Part shown: one piece after another, positions 35,261-50,200 of the stretch
Layout of the letters: each line of letters begins with the position of its first letter
Position numbering within the stretch: position 1 is the first letter of the stretch
DNA from: Tubiluchus corallicola
Taxonomy: Eukaryota > Animalia > Priapulida
Direction: 5' to 3'
Length of the DNA: 64,000 nt
NCBI GenBank assembly: GCA_030141605.1
Contig: JAQGDQ010000773.1
Location: 1-64,000 of the forward strand
The notes under the pieces: generated by a model
Seen by the model: only the letters and a program-made list of their open reading frames with translations
The model's database searches: none
Told to the model about the DNA's origin: nothing
Program-made: the position numbers and the translations under genes

Positions 35261-38200
35261 CTATTTACGCCTAAACAAGGAGAATAGTCCTTTCTTACGG
35301 CTGTCACCGGAAACGGGAGAGGACGTACCACGACTTGTCGGACTGTTAGGGGAATCAACGAAAATTACTTCTTTAGGAGGAGGCGAGACGTTCCTCTCTG
35401 GTCGAAAATTAGTGCTATCTGGCTGTTTCAATATCTGTAAAGTAGATAAGAAGTTTATGAATGAAACATATCAGATTATTCAGTTTTCATATCACTATTC
35501 CTAGCCACAAGCTCAAGCTCACTTGCTGCTACGTCGAAATTCATTTTCCGTCATTCGCCATCAGATATTGCCATATGAGAAGTAAATGTGTTTAGTATAA
35601 ATGAAACATTGAATTCACTAAATTGTCAACATTTGCTACTTGACACTAATTTCACAAACGGCTTTGAAAACCAAAAACCAAAATTAAATTACAAAAACAA
35701 AAAATATTAAAAAGTTTGTATATGTAACTAACACTGATCATTTCACATAATTATGATTCTCTGTATTAAAGCAACTTGACAGTAGCAAATAACAACCTGT
35801 AAGAATCTCCATGGCATCTTTGTCAAATCACCATAAGAAAACCCCCTGCATGGCCAATTTAAATAGATTTTCCCATTAAGGCATTGTTAGACAATCTAAT
35901 TCTGACAATGCTTTGAACAGTGACCACTGGCATTGAGGCATTGTTAAACAATCTAATTCTGACAATGCTTTGAACAGTGACTACTCGCATTAAGGCATTG
36001 TTAGACAATCTAATTCTGACAATGCTTTGAACAATGACCACTCCCTGTGGAAATTACGAATCTAAAATTGTAAATATGGCTACAAGTTTAAAACAAATCT
36101 GATTTAAAAGTTTGCAGCAGAATTATAAGATTTCAAGTTAGTTCACTACAAATTAGCCTAAACTACGTTATAAGTTTTAATGTTGCTGCGAAAAATAAAA
36201 CTAGTGAAAAGGCAAGGCAAAAAACAACAGAAACCAAGTTTCCCAGGCATAAGAATGCTAATATGAAATGAAACACGTGTCCAAGTGATGCAAAATAATG
36301 ACTAATCATCATGAAACTCACGTGCAACTCTGAATTAATGGCTCACTCTACCGTGCATCAAACAAAACAAACCTAACCGTGCCTAGGAAACCGATTGCGC
36401 CATTGCTTATTGCCCTGACCTTGCAGGCGGAGCCACCAGTCTACTGACGTCTGCCCTGACTCACTTTCGGTGCCGCAGATCTTTGCGGTGGCTTTGGCGG
36501 CGTCGCATTCGGCTGTCGCGTGTTGGGAACGGTGCCGTCTCGCCCAGCAGTTCTTACTACCTCGGCATCGGGTGGCAATTCTTGGAGAAAATTGGAAGGT
36601 ACAAGGCCACGAATACCATTGCTTTCACCCATAAAGAAGCCATCGTCATCCATGTCTCCATAGACGTACAGTATGTCTCCTGTTCTAAATGATAACTCGA
36701 CCTGTAACGAAAAACAAACAACAAATAAATTGTAGAACATAAAATTACAATGCACCAGGAACAGAGATAATTCTTAACCAGTGTTTTCAATTACATGAGT
36801 GGATCAGTTGCCTATAGACTGCTAAACTCACTTGAACCCTTGCTTGCGAGGATTTTAAATTTCGAAAGATGCCCTGCTTAGTGCAGCATGGTTCTACTTT
36901 ACTTAAGACTTTGTATAACATTACTTGTAATTGTAATTTTATTTTTTCCTAGATAATCTTGTACTTTTTTTATAATTTTAATGTGAACTATACGTTCCAA
37001 ATAAATGATATAATATATATATTACTTGAAAATATTATCTGTAATAATCACAAACTGTTCAGTAATTTGTAAAAAAGGTGTAACACTCGTTTGTAAACTA
37101 TAGATTCATTATGATTATGATTTTGGATTTTGCATAAACATACAAATCATGTCCCAAGTCTAATTATCGCTTTTATAAACTCATTTTATAAAAAAAAACT
37201 TTATTTCAACTAGTAAACACATCTAAATTCAGATTAACGCAGTTCTGATCACTAAATCTTTGCATGATGACCGTGACCAGCAAAAGTAGAACACAGTGAG
37301 GCACAAATATATATAATGCATTTCCTTATGGAGAAAATTATCAAAGTTTCCAATGACAAGAAAGATAAGTTGTTTTCAAAAAACTTTCATTTGTCCACAT
37401 TTCATAAATTAAAAAAAAGCAAAAATAAATATGCAATGGAAGTTGACAACAACCTGTATGCGGGATGTTTCATAAAAATCACAATTTACCTGGTCTTGCT
37501 GAGTTAATTACATACCTCGGCATCAACATTCGGTGACAGCTCGTTGGGATCGTAATCATACAGTGCCACCATGCGGCGTATTTTTACATTACCCTGACTC
37601 CGACTATCCTTTAAACCAGTGCCTTCAAATAACAAATAGTATCTCATTTCTTTTTCTTCTTCGCACAACACTTGGTAATTCTCAGCTGCAAAGTTTGCAC
37701 AACTAATACAGCATATGTAAACACAATTTAAGTTAATAACCTTAAGCGCTCACACTATGGCAGTGGCGGCTCGTGTATAGGTCCCCTATTAGACCTCTTT
37801 ATAGGAACTGTGGAACGGCAGCACCCCCTATTTTTCCTCAATATTATCAATAATGTTCAATATAATAAGTCTTTTTTCTTTAGTTCTTTCTTTGTACTTG
37901 TACGGAACCAGAGCGCGTGAGGGTAGTACTGTTTGCTTCACAGCCCAACACAGTGGTGTTCAGCTGTTGTGCACATGCGGCCATGCTCACATGTATGAGA
38001 TAACACGTTGTATGCTGCACTGCTAGCATCTGCTGCTAGGTAGATTAAGAACTGTCGCTCACACAGTTTGTTATCAGTTGTCACGTGCTTAAAAACTGTG
38101 TACCAGCATATTCTTGAACTGCGGCAATATAAGTTATTCGTAAACAAAAACTTTTTGTTTAGAATGTTATGTACAAATTGTTGTATGTTTGTTAGTTTAA

Positions 38201-41200
38201 AATTACAATTACAAATTGCAACATGAAAATTACATATGTTTGTTTCGTTTTACACAGTATTAAAACAATGGCTAAACATTTGGGGGTTTGTCTGAAGCAG
38301 AACCCCACTAATTTTAACTATGGCCTGCCACTACACAGAGTTACTATTGCACATGCATATGTTGTTTTACAATTGGGCAAATGACAAATGACTGTTAGTC
38401 AGAATATGTATTTATTAAACTTTTCATTGTTCACGTTTTGCACAGGAAGATTCTGTCTCTGTCACTCAAATGGGAAATTTCTCTTCATTGAAATTTCCAG
38501 GTTTTCTTATGCTTGGAAAAACGTAAAATTAATAAAATGCCAAATCTGTTACATACCATCGAAACTGTTTTCGAGTATTTTAATAAAGAATTAACAAATA
38601 GGTGTAAAGCATAAGAAAACACTCTTCATAAATAAAGCTTAAAAAATTCATCTGGAAATTTTATATCAGTTACAAGCTGTTTTACTGTATCCAGATTGCA
38701 GAACTTGAGTTAGCAGCATAACGCTGTATAAAACTTGTAAATTTAAACTGCCGTGATGACAGTTAGGCGGAGCCATTTTGACAATCAGTAACTCATTTGA
38801 AATAAGTTTAGCGAACACTGAATGAAGTCTAAAAAATAATCAGAACATTTATAACACACATTTCCCTAACTAAGCAAACGTTTAAATTACTTCATATTGT
38901 CAGTAACGCCAATTGTGGTGAATCGGTGATGCACTCTGGGATGGCAACGCAGTACCGCAGCACGAATAATTCAATTTATTAAAAATTTTCTTTTCTAATT
39001 ACATAAGTCTTTCAAACAGGTGAGCTTAATATTAAGTAATATAACTTTGTGCGGAAACTCTTTTGGGACACACTTTAAATTTGCATTTCTTCTCCTTTAA
39101 TGTACGAGTAATTCATATTTAACAAGCATGTAAACAACTAGAACAAGCAAACTATTCAGTGTATTAAAACACCTTCCCTCCCTACATTTACATTATATAT
39201 GTATACAAACTACTTACCCTTTCCTCTTCGTGTTGGTTTCATTTCTGCCTCACTAGATGGAGCAGCATCTGCGCCTGATGGCTTGCTGCTTTCGCTTAAC
39301 AGTTCGGCGGCTACATCAGCATCGTCTACCTGCACTTCGGACACCATGTTACACGGTATTAATCCAACTTGTCCACCTGTCTCGCCACGATAAAATCCGT
39401 CCTCATCTTTATCGCCGAGTACCTATTCAAAATCAAATACTGAATCCAACACTCTGCCACAATCCAACATCAGCAGTGGAGGGCTAATTTTCAATAGTTG
39501 TGGCAAGACTGGAAATAACATAATTGCCAAGAATAGTCTTTTAAGATGAGACACTAGACTGGCACACCATGCTGAAAAGTTAACATAACAGTCACCTATC
39601 CGCTTACTAACCAAGCCCCATGTTGTTCAATGTCATGCTCTGACCACTCAACTATTTCATTTGCCTAATATATACCTGCTTAGAATAAATTGGGATTTAC
39701 GTCACATAATGGGTGACTATTTTGCACCTTTACCAATTGTCCAGCTTTAAACATCTTGAAATGCATTTTGTACCTTTATCAATTGTCCATCTTTAAACAC
39801 ATTGAAATGCATTTTGTACCTTTATCAATTGTCTAGCTTATTGAAATGCATTTTGCACCTTTATCAATTGTTCAGCTTTAAACATACTGAAATGCATTTT
39901 GTACCTTTATCAATTGTTCAGCTTTAAACATATTGAAATGCATTTTGTACCTTTATCAATTGTCCAGCTTTAAACACGTTGAAATGCATTTTGCACCTTT
40001 ATCAATTGTCCAGCTTTAAACATATTGAAATGCATTTTGTACCTTTATCAATTGTCCATCTTTAAACATATTGAAATGCATTTTGTACCTTTATCAATTG
40101 TCCAGCTTTAAACATATTGAAATTCATTTTGTACCTTTATCAATTGTCCAGCTTTAAACATCTTGAAATGCATTTTGTACCTTTATCAATTGTCCAGCTT
40201 TAAACATATTGAAATGCATTTTGCACCTTTATCAATTGTCCAGCTTTAAACATATTGAAATTGATTTTGTACCTTTATCAATTGTCCAGCTTTAAACGTA
40301 TTGAAATGCATTTTGTACCTTTATCAATTGTCCAGCTTTAAACATTAACTCCTCGCTGCACGCATCTGGATTTGGTGACATGACTTTTGGATCATAATCA
40401 AAAAGCGCAACAAACATCCTGACGCTACTCATCGAATCTTTGCGCTGCGGTTGTGTTTGGTCAACCGAACTTCGATGACCGGGCGTCTTCGGCATTTCAC
40501 GTCTTCCTTCGGTTTGTCTGCCAATTCGTGAACACTTTTTATATTCCACTTGTACGTTTGAAATGAGTGAACCACAAAGAACAAGACAATTATGTAACAT
40601 TTTATTTTAAAACTGCCTGATTAAAGTCAATTATGGTTATGATATACTTGTTCATAGCACAACTCAACATACGGTAGAATCCCAAATGCAACAGGCTTAT
40701 TTAAAGGAAGACAAGATGATTTTTCATATACTACCCTATTTTCAACGATAAAAAGTATACATTTTAGCACAATTAATACTGCAAAAGCATTTCTAATAAT
40801 TAAACAATAGATTAAAATCTTAGTTAACGGTGGGCGAGCCCAACTATTGGTGACATCACAAATAAACATAATTTAAAACAGTAAAAGTATTCCATGAGCA
40901 TGTTTCACAAAAGTGTTGTACAAAAACTAGGCAAGTTTTAAAATAAAAATTCAAATTTCAAATTTACCGCTGTGCTCACGCATGAGCTGTCGAACGTGCA
41001 TAGTTCGTCACAAACTAACACATCTGAATTGAAAGGTACAGCACCTGTTTTTGTGCAACACTTTCCGAAATGCAGGCGCTAGTGCCCGTCTAGCTAGCGA
41101 ATGGCAGAATGCATGTAACAGCTAAGAACTAGTGGCGTGAATGCGAAATTGTGTTTGTGTGGTAATAATTCTTTTACGTAAGTCGTTTTTGAAAAAAAAA

Positions 41201-44200
41201 TAGTATGTTTCGTTTCAATATTTTAAAGAGTGGATAGTATTGAGCTACAGTTTATTTAACATTGAGTCCAGTTTTGCTTTAACATTGAAGTGTGTTGTAA
41301 CACTTCATACATAAATTTAGCACCAACAAAACAAATGATGTAATCTTTTACAGTTATGCAAGAAATTCTCGTAGTAATTGGCAATAGCCTTTATTCTGAC
41401 GAAACATGAGACTCCAAGTTGCCTTATGTTTTGAAGTACGAAACAGTAGGTGAAGTCATGCAGGACCTTACTAGATTCTCTTTTTAAATTCAACTTTGCT
41501 ATTTTCGTTTCAGACATGACTAGTGTAGTCAACGTTTGAACAATAACAGGTCACTCTTACATAAATCTCACGAAAGCTGGGGTCAAGTCATCGAAAAAAT
41601 GACTGAAAGTATCACTCCGTATTTTCCACTGACATCTCACCTGTTCCCCTCCTTTGGTCTTTCACGTTCTGCATCCCGCTCCTTTTCACCTTCTCTCCGG
41701 CGCTCCTTATCTGGTCTACCGTACTGATCTGCTGCTCTTCGACTTCTGTCCTGTTCTCTGTCTCCCTCTCGATACTGCTGTCTGTAACATGAAACATAAA
41801 CTAGCATTCTAAAACACTGTACCTTTGGACCTGCATTGATTTTGATTCTATGAAAACAACAAAAATGTTTTGCTGATCAAACGTTGCTAACTTGAAAAAA
41901 TCAAACACTACTGACTTAAAGTAGGTCTAATTATTAGCTGTTGCCTTTTCACACCATAAATGTTGGCATAATAAAAATGCTACCAAGTTCTGCTCACAGA
42001 TGAAAGGCTAACTCCTTCAGGACCATACGTTTTTACTGCATTTTGCATGGGTTCATGAAAAACTGCTCTCACTAACATTATATTTGATCATTTTTGCGGG
42101 TTTCTACGCCTCGCACTAAGCACTTTGCAAAATTATATATAAAATGCATTTGCTTACCTTAGACAAATTAAAAATCGATTACTGACGAATAAATAGAAAA
42201 AAGCTTCAGTAACTATAGTGCTTGCACTGTAACAATGTACAGTATCACTTGTGCAAAATCAGCTAATGTAGAAAATTTCAATTGTCCACACACAACACAC
42301 TAATAGACTTTAGTCTCACGTCTGCTCTGTTTTTAATGAGAAATTGCTGCTAAAAGAAAAAACGACATCAGTTTGTCCTGGGCTGATCAGTTGGTTTTTC
42401 CTAGAATAGCAGCAAAACACTGCACAGCTTGGCTGTAGGAAGCAGTCGATCAATAAAATAGTGTGTACGATCACGCAAGTGTACACCAGACTAAGCTACT
42501 CAATTGGCTAAGTTGGAATGCCTGAAGAGGACGTGTTTTTCTTAATTTTATTAAATTAAATCACTTATAAATGTTTAAACAAATAGCATGATTAGACAGC
42601 CTAGACTCCTCTGAATAGAAGAGTACCTAATTTGTTATCATTTAGTTATGTCTGTACTCATACAGTAGCAGGAAAGTCATAGGTCTTATAAGACCTATGT
42701 GAATCGAATGGTACAGTCCTGAAGAAGTTAGTGACTGAATCTCAATAGAAAAGAACACACGTCAATAAAACTGCCAAGAATGAGTTGGTTTCCTCACCTC
42801 CCATCTTCGTGATCACGTTCTCTTCTGCCTCGTCCACGCTCTTCATGTCTTCTCTCGTCTCCATTTCTAGATCTGCCTGCAGACTGCGGTCGGTCATCTG
42901 TAATTCTCTCTCTCCTTCGTCCACCAGATTGGGGACGCTCGTCTAAATCTCTTTCCCTCCGCCTGCTGCCAGATGCTGGCATCTCTTCTCCATCTCTTCT
43001 CCTTCCAGAAGAGTGAGGTCTCTCTTCTAATTCTCTTTCCATTCTTCTTCCGGTAGAGTGAGGTCTGTCCTGTAGGTCTCTTTCCCTTCGTGCAGCTGAG
43101 GGCAATCGATCATCAGCTTCTCTTTGTCGTCCAGTGGAATGTGGTCTCTCTTCACCACCGCGCTCTCTTCGTCTTCCTCCAGGTTTCGACTGATCTTCTC
43201 CATTCTTAACTTTGTTGGGCAGCTGCTGTCTGTCTTTTTCCACTAGCTCCTCGTTTTCTCGCTCTCTCCTATCTGATATTCCCCTGGTTCGTCTTTCGTA
43301 CTGTTCTCTGTCACCGTACCTTTCCCTTTCGCGTCGTTCTTGTCCGCCCCTGACTTTATCGGATCGTTCCCTTGTCCGTGACTTCATAGCTTCCTCTTCC
43401 AGAACTCTTTCCCTCACTGTTGAATCTTGACCTCCTCTGCCTTCCTTGCTGCGTTCTTCTCGTCTTTCGCCTCTTCTATGCGGAGCCGATCCTTGCTGAG
43501 CTTTTCCTCGAGGTTGCCTAGCGGGAGACACGCTACTTGCTGGACTTTCCTCTTCATCTGAAAAATCGCCCGAATCACGAGTAACTGCTATCATTGGAAT
43601 GGGAACACTACCGGGATAGACTTCTTTATCACTCAAATCCTCATCTTCATCTACCATTATCTGGTCTTGATGAAGAGGAAGCTCGCCGCTCAAGGGCATT
43701 GTTTGAATTCGCTCACCATCAGGTATACCTCTGCCACTGTCTTTCACCTATAAAAACATGCCAAATAGCAAAAGTTAATAGTTATGGCAAAACTAAAAAC
43801 GTATAGCAAGAATTCTACACTAGAAAGGTGCTAACTTGAAATATGCTTATATTTTTAGAACCAAACACAATGAAACACAAGCTTACCAATCTCCTAGTGC
43901 CATCAGTTTCTCTTTGCGGCACGTGCCGTTCGTGTCTGCTACTTCGGTCGATTCCGGTCTCCATCTGCGTTCTTTTAAGCTGATCTGCATTTGGTCCAGC
44001 GCTCCCTTGTGGTGACATCGGTGATCTTCCGCTCTGCATTGTTTGGTCGCCCTGTTTACGCAACTGAGGAACTGAGACGGCGTGACTTTTACCATCCATG
44101 GATGTCCGCTGGCCTGCCATGTCTGTGTTAGAATACGAAAGTTCAAAAGTATGAAGAAAACAATTTGAATCATCATAATTGTTTTACAGGCAGTCCTCGA

Positions 44201-47200
44201 CTTATGATCAGAATTGGTCTGACTGTACGCCCCTACAACGTAAGACAAGCATGTACATGCACTAAGTATGGTGATACCCATGGATGACTTTATAGTAAGC
44301 GATAGTGACTCAAAGTTAATTTGTTTAATTAATACAAATTCTGGTTAGTTTTGTAAAGTTAATTAAGTACGTTGTGCTCGGGTCGTAAAGTCACACAGTC
44401 GTAAGTTGATGACTACCTGTACTGGTCTGCTAGTAACATCAGAAATTTCGAATTAAAACATTAAATGCATTATTACTTTCTAGCTTTTTGCGTAAAAAAG
44501 TATTACAAGTGTGACAATATGTGTATAATGTTTGACATTATGGCGATGAAGGAATGATGGTCACTAAAAAATGGCACCTCGTTAAAAAAACTATAACATG
44601 AGATATTTGATATTATTTTTTAAAAGGAACAAACTTTACTCCCTTCTCCTAAGGACTTGACAATTCACTTTGGATATAATTATTAAAGAATAACTCTCGG
44701 TAAGCGAGGACGTCAAAAGAATGTCACCTCATCAGGTAACTAGTTTTACTATGTTAATCACTCACCTGCGGGTGCTTCTTCGGAAACGAGCTTCCCCGGA
44801 GAACCCTGTCGCACGCCGTGTTGCTTTCCGTTTCCGGGAGCTTTTCCATTTTGAATTGGTGATATGCGAGTATCCTACACATAGAAAACAACAAAGAACA
44901 GTATTTACGGGACACTGATAAACACGTATAGTAGATCAAAAGAATAATTGTCACCAAATACGGATAGATGGAGGCAAGAAATTGAACCCCCTGGCGCAAA
45001 AGAAACAAAAACAAGTCACAAAATGGCAAATCATAAAAAAGGCCATTGAACTTTGAATAAAGAACACTTATTTTAACATGAGATGCAACTAAAATTCGAA
45101 GTAATCATGGCCATTAAATGACGAGGAACTTTCTCAGAAAAACTTGTCACAACGCATTTTTCCACAATTTGGTTGACCTTTGAACTTAAGAGATAAAAAG
45201 TTGAAGAAATTAAAAAAAAAACAGATCAAGCAAGGAACAATAGTTTGTTATTCTAAAATAATTAAAAAACACATTGATATAAATCTACTGGTGAAAATTT
45301 TGGAGTTTAACAGATTTATTATTTCTTGACACGTTGCTGTCTAGTTAGATGTACAGGTGGTTAATGTACTTTATGAAATTAGTTTCACAGACTAGTAATA
45401 AACGCAATATGTACTGTAGAAGATGTAATTAATCACGATGCAAGGATAACATTAAAAGTTGTAATATTAATTACAACAAATCATAAAGGATAATGAAGCT
45501 CTATAAAGTAATAACGTCACATTACCTATCATGGCTCTAGACCTGCTAGTATTAACTATTAAGAATTATCACTTTTACAACTTTGAAAGAAATCGGCAGC
45601 TTTAATTGCTGATAGGAAAGTGTTCTTTCAAGTAACCCAAATTCTACGCAATTTTATTCAAATATTCAAGAAAAACAATTTGCTATATATGCTGTATATT
45701 TGGACGATGACCTGAGAACAAAGTCATAAAACAATTGCGCCATCTGTTGGAAAAAAAATCACATTATGAAAATTTGAGGAATATTTACACTTAAAACCTG
45801 AAGCTCGTTAAACATACCTGCGACTGTGGTAATTGCCGAGGGGGTGGAAGCTTTTTAGATTCAAGAATTGTTCTGGGGGAGACGTTTCCACCCTCCGGAC
45901 CGCCACTAGCTGCTTTTCGCTGGCCGAGCGACTGCAAAGTCATGCCCTCTTTTCGGGATACCTTGGGATATGTAAACAACAGTCATGCGGGAGAAGCAAA
46001 CGGGACAAAATAATAACAACAGAATGATTATAATTTGGTTAACTAATAGGGAAATTCTAAAATAACAAGCTGTTTTAGCTACGACTGAACAATGTTAAAA
46101 AACAAACGTACAAGCTGTTAGTACAGATAAATTAAAAACAGTTACAGATTACAAGAAAGCACTATTACTTTCTTAATTAATACAATATATGTTTAGTCTA
46201 GTGATTGGCGATTTTGAAATTTTGTAATTCCATTATTATGATCTTGTTCTTGTAATTCGAAATCAAGATTAATCTTTTGTGGTAATTTTTTAGTGTTTTA
46301 ACCCCATTTTTCGAACATTGCAACTGAAATACAGTCGACCCTCGTTAAACCGGACCCCGTTAGCCCGGATATCGGATAAGATGGACGTCATCCGTGGTAA
46401 AAGAAACCGACCGATTTCCGTCCGAGCCCGAACGCTAAACACAACACGGCCTACTAACTGTACAATAATTTCTTTATCCTCACAGGTTAACTATTTTAAT
46501 GTAACATACAGTATAGTATATAGTTCACAGTATATAGTGCAATGTATATAGGTCTTATTAAGGTGATTATATCTGTATAATATAGACCATATATAGGCAT
46601 ATCGGATAAATCGGACAATCGGCTAAACCGGACCAACAGTTCGGTTTAACGAGGGTTGACTGTATAGCCTATAAACTTCTTTATGGCTTTCGTCGTTGTC
46701 TGCCATTTTCATACTCGCGAACTATTTTTACAGAGCACGTACATTCATTAACTATTCTATCACGATGTCAACTACACACGTCACGTGAAAGCGAATAAGA
46801 AGCCCCAGTTTGCAACACTGTGGTTTGCAATTGTGTGCATTATGTAAGCTGAGAAAAACGAAGAAAAAAATGCAAGAATTGTGCTAAAACACTGCCTTTT
46901 AGTCAGTGTGTAACACGTATATTTTGCCCTTGATTAACCTTCATTAACTGAATTACTGTTCAATTGACGATTACATTGATTTATACATGGTTATAATCTG
47001 GATTAATTCAATTAGTCTATTAATCGCCCATCACTAATGTTTACATGCTCTGCACTATACATTACTTAAAAAGATGATAATGCAGCAAAAGTGCAATAAT
47101 AAGAACAGGGATAAGAATTGTAGATAAAAATGACATATGTATGATAAGTATGAATAGTATAAAGCTACTATATAGCTCATCTCAAACTAATAAGTATAGT

Positions 47201-50200
47201 TTCAAAAACAGACAAAGTTAGTGCAGAAATATCAGAAGAGTTGAAGTTGTACTAACACACAACAAGAAACACAACAGGAATCGGGTAACACCAGTTATGT
47301 CCATTGTCCATTTTTCCGCAAGGGCAAAACAATGGAAATTTAATGGCCAGACAACCTAGCCGACTGAGCAACTATTTTCACAAACGTCTGACTATCATGT
47401 CACCACTAACTGTTAGGTGAGCTCTGTACTCTTTGGCGCTGTTTCAGACCTTGGCGGGTCTTAACAGAGTTCTGGATAGTTTAGTCAAAAAACTATCTGT
47501 AAACTATGCTATTAAAACGCTGTTTGGCACTGCGGTTTACAAAACTGTAGGAAACCAAGAAGAAATTACAGCAGCTAGCAAAGTCTCAGCTTATGGTAAA
47601 GTAAAAAAGAATCAGAAATTACAATAGTACAGTTACAAGTTTCATTGTTGTGCCTGATTAACTTGCTGGCCATACAGAAATTTCACTTTTTTACACAATA
47701 TTTGTTAATTTTGTTACAATGAGTATTTGCAGGTAAAAACAGCCAGCAGATCTATTAAGAAGGGTTCTTAAGTTTTGTAATGATCATATTTTTGTGTCAG
47801 GATCATTTTTGGGTTTCGTGCGTTTTCGGAAAATTTATTAAGTGTTTTATGCTGTTTTGTTTAGTAAATGAAGCCTTTTTCACGGGACCCCAGCAGATTT
47901 TTCTCAAAAGTTAAATTATTTGCTTACTTAAACAAAAACAGCCAACATCTTCAAATAGCTAATAAAAAATCCAAACGAAACATGTTATTTATGCAAATGA
48001 TGGATGTAAACTTATTGTGCGCTAATGATATTTGTAAATAAATTGTGTAAAATTCCACGCAGCAGCAAGTCATAGCACAGCTGGAACAATAGGTTGCCAT
48101 GGTGTTTGTAACACGCAGCTGCTATGTTCATTGTCCTGCTGTATCTTCTAATATCACACTGCCAGAATGGGCATTGCTAAAGTTGGCGTTGCTATGGTGA
48201 CTGAGCAATTTTTTGTCTGCCATCTAGGGTCGAGTTAAAGAAACAATGCAAAGTGTGTAATTGCACTATTTGCAGTCGTATGAATTCTTAAAAGGCTTAC
48301 TGACAGGTGAACAGCAAAATTTGACAACAACAAAATTCTATAGTATAGAAGCCTAATAGTTGTATTACGTGAAAACAGTTGTGTTGCACAAAAACAGTTG
48401 AGCAAGAAATAAATAAAAATAGCGTATAGTGTATACTATCGGGAAACTGAATACTCTGCAAAAATTACAGCAATAATGAGCTTACAAGACTGTGGAATGA
48501 GATGTATCAAACTAGCTAGGTGTACTGACCAAATTCTTTCAACAAGCTTTCCAATATCAACATCATAGACCGTGCATTTATGTAAACATACCTGCAAAAT
48601 ACTCTGCGCAGAGATCCGTGCTCGGTGATCATGACTGTACTCGGGCATTTCTTCCTCTTGTTCCTCGGCAATGTCCGACAGTTCGGAACGGTCACTGCTG
48701 TCCGTGTTATAATCGTCCGGTCGGAATGGCCGTATTTTGGCCTCTGCTGAAGTAGCATCATCAGAAGTGTCGTCACTACTGGTGGAAAACATGCCTGGAA
48801 TTGTCTAAAAGCAACAGCACAAATCACAATTACCATTTAGACAGTTAAACATGCCTGACACAAAGCTTTTTATGACAAAGTCGCTCAATTAAAGTGAAAA
48901 ACAGCAAAGAAAAAGCCTAAATCGCTCTATAAAAAAATTGAGACTTTTTGCTTAGCTTACCGGAACAGGTCCTGGCTTGATTGGACTGTTGATACAAGTT
49001 TCAGGCAATGTTGTACCAAGTGGAAGCACTGATTGCGCATGAGGTAAAGGTGCAGCTTTTGAATCTGAAGACTGAGTTTCGTATGACAAGGTCCGTACGG
49101 TTAATGTGTGAGGGGCCATTCCACGAAACTGAGCTTTGTCAATAAGAACGTGATCAGCTAAAAAACAAATAGTATTAGCAAACAAAAAACAAAACAAAAC
49201 AAAACAAAAAACAAACAAAACAAACAAAAAACAAAAAAACAAAAAAAAAAACAAAACAAAACAAAACAAAAAACAACAAAACAAAAAACAAAACAAACAA
49301 AACAAAAAACAATTAATCAATAACAATTAGTATCATAGAAAACTTGATTAATCAAAAAAAACAAACAAAACAAACAAAAAACAAACAAAACAAAAACAAA
49401 AAACAAAACAAAACAAAACAAAAAACAAAAAAACAAACAAAAAACAAAACATAACAATTAGTATCATAGAAAACTTGATTAATCAATAACAATTAGTATC
49501 ATAGAAAACTTGATTAATCAGTAACAATTAGTATCATAGAAAACTTATTAATCAATAACAATTAGTATCATAGAAAACTTATCATAGAAAACTTAATTAA
49601 TCAATAGCAATTAGTATCACAGAAAACTTAATTAATCAATAACAATTAGTATCATAGAAAACTTGATTAATCAATAACAATTAGTGTCATAGAAAACTTG
49701 ATTAATTAATAACAATTAATATAATAGAAAACTTAATTAATCAATAACAATTAGTATCATAGAAAACTTAATTATTTAATAACAATTAGTATCATAGAAA
49801 ACTTAATTAATCAGTAACAATTAGTATCATAGAAAACTTAATTAATCAGTAACAATTAGTATCATAGAAAACTTAATTAATCAATAACAATTAGTATCAT
49901 AGAAAACTTGATTAATCAATAACAATTAGTATCATAGAAAACTTGATTAATCAATAACAATTAGTATCATAGAAAACTTGATTAATCAATAACAATTAAT
50001 ATCATAGAAAACTTAATTAATCAATAACAATTACTATCATAGAAAACTTAATTATTTAATAACAATTGGTATCATAGAAAACTTAATTAATCAGTAACAA
50101 TTAGTATCATAGAAAACTTGATTAATCAATAACAATTAGTATCATAGAAAACTTGATTAATCAGTAACAATTAGTATCATAGAAAACTTGATTAATCAAT

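Noticed and set aside
36378-36420. 42-nt in-frame RIMBP microexon ([14 protein letters not shown])
   Set aside because: It would need a ~44-nt upstream intron and has weak splice sites.
45954-45961. GTATCC on the minus strand as a second U12 donor
   Set aside because: It continues CG rather than TT, follows an acceptor AG and is the first codons (VS) of an exon.
48952-49326. Phe/Cys/Leu-rich 'transmembrane' N-terminus of the ORF
   Set aside because: Translation of a (TTTTG)n intron tract; the real exon starts at 49157.
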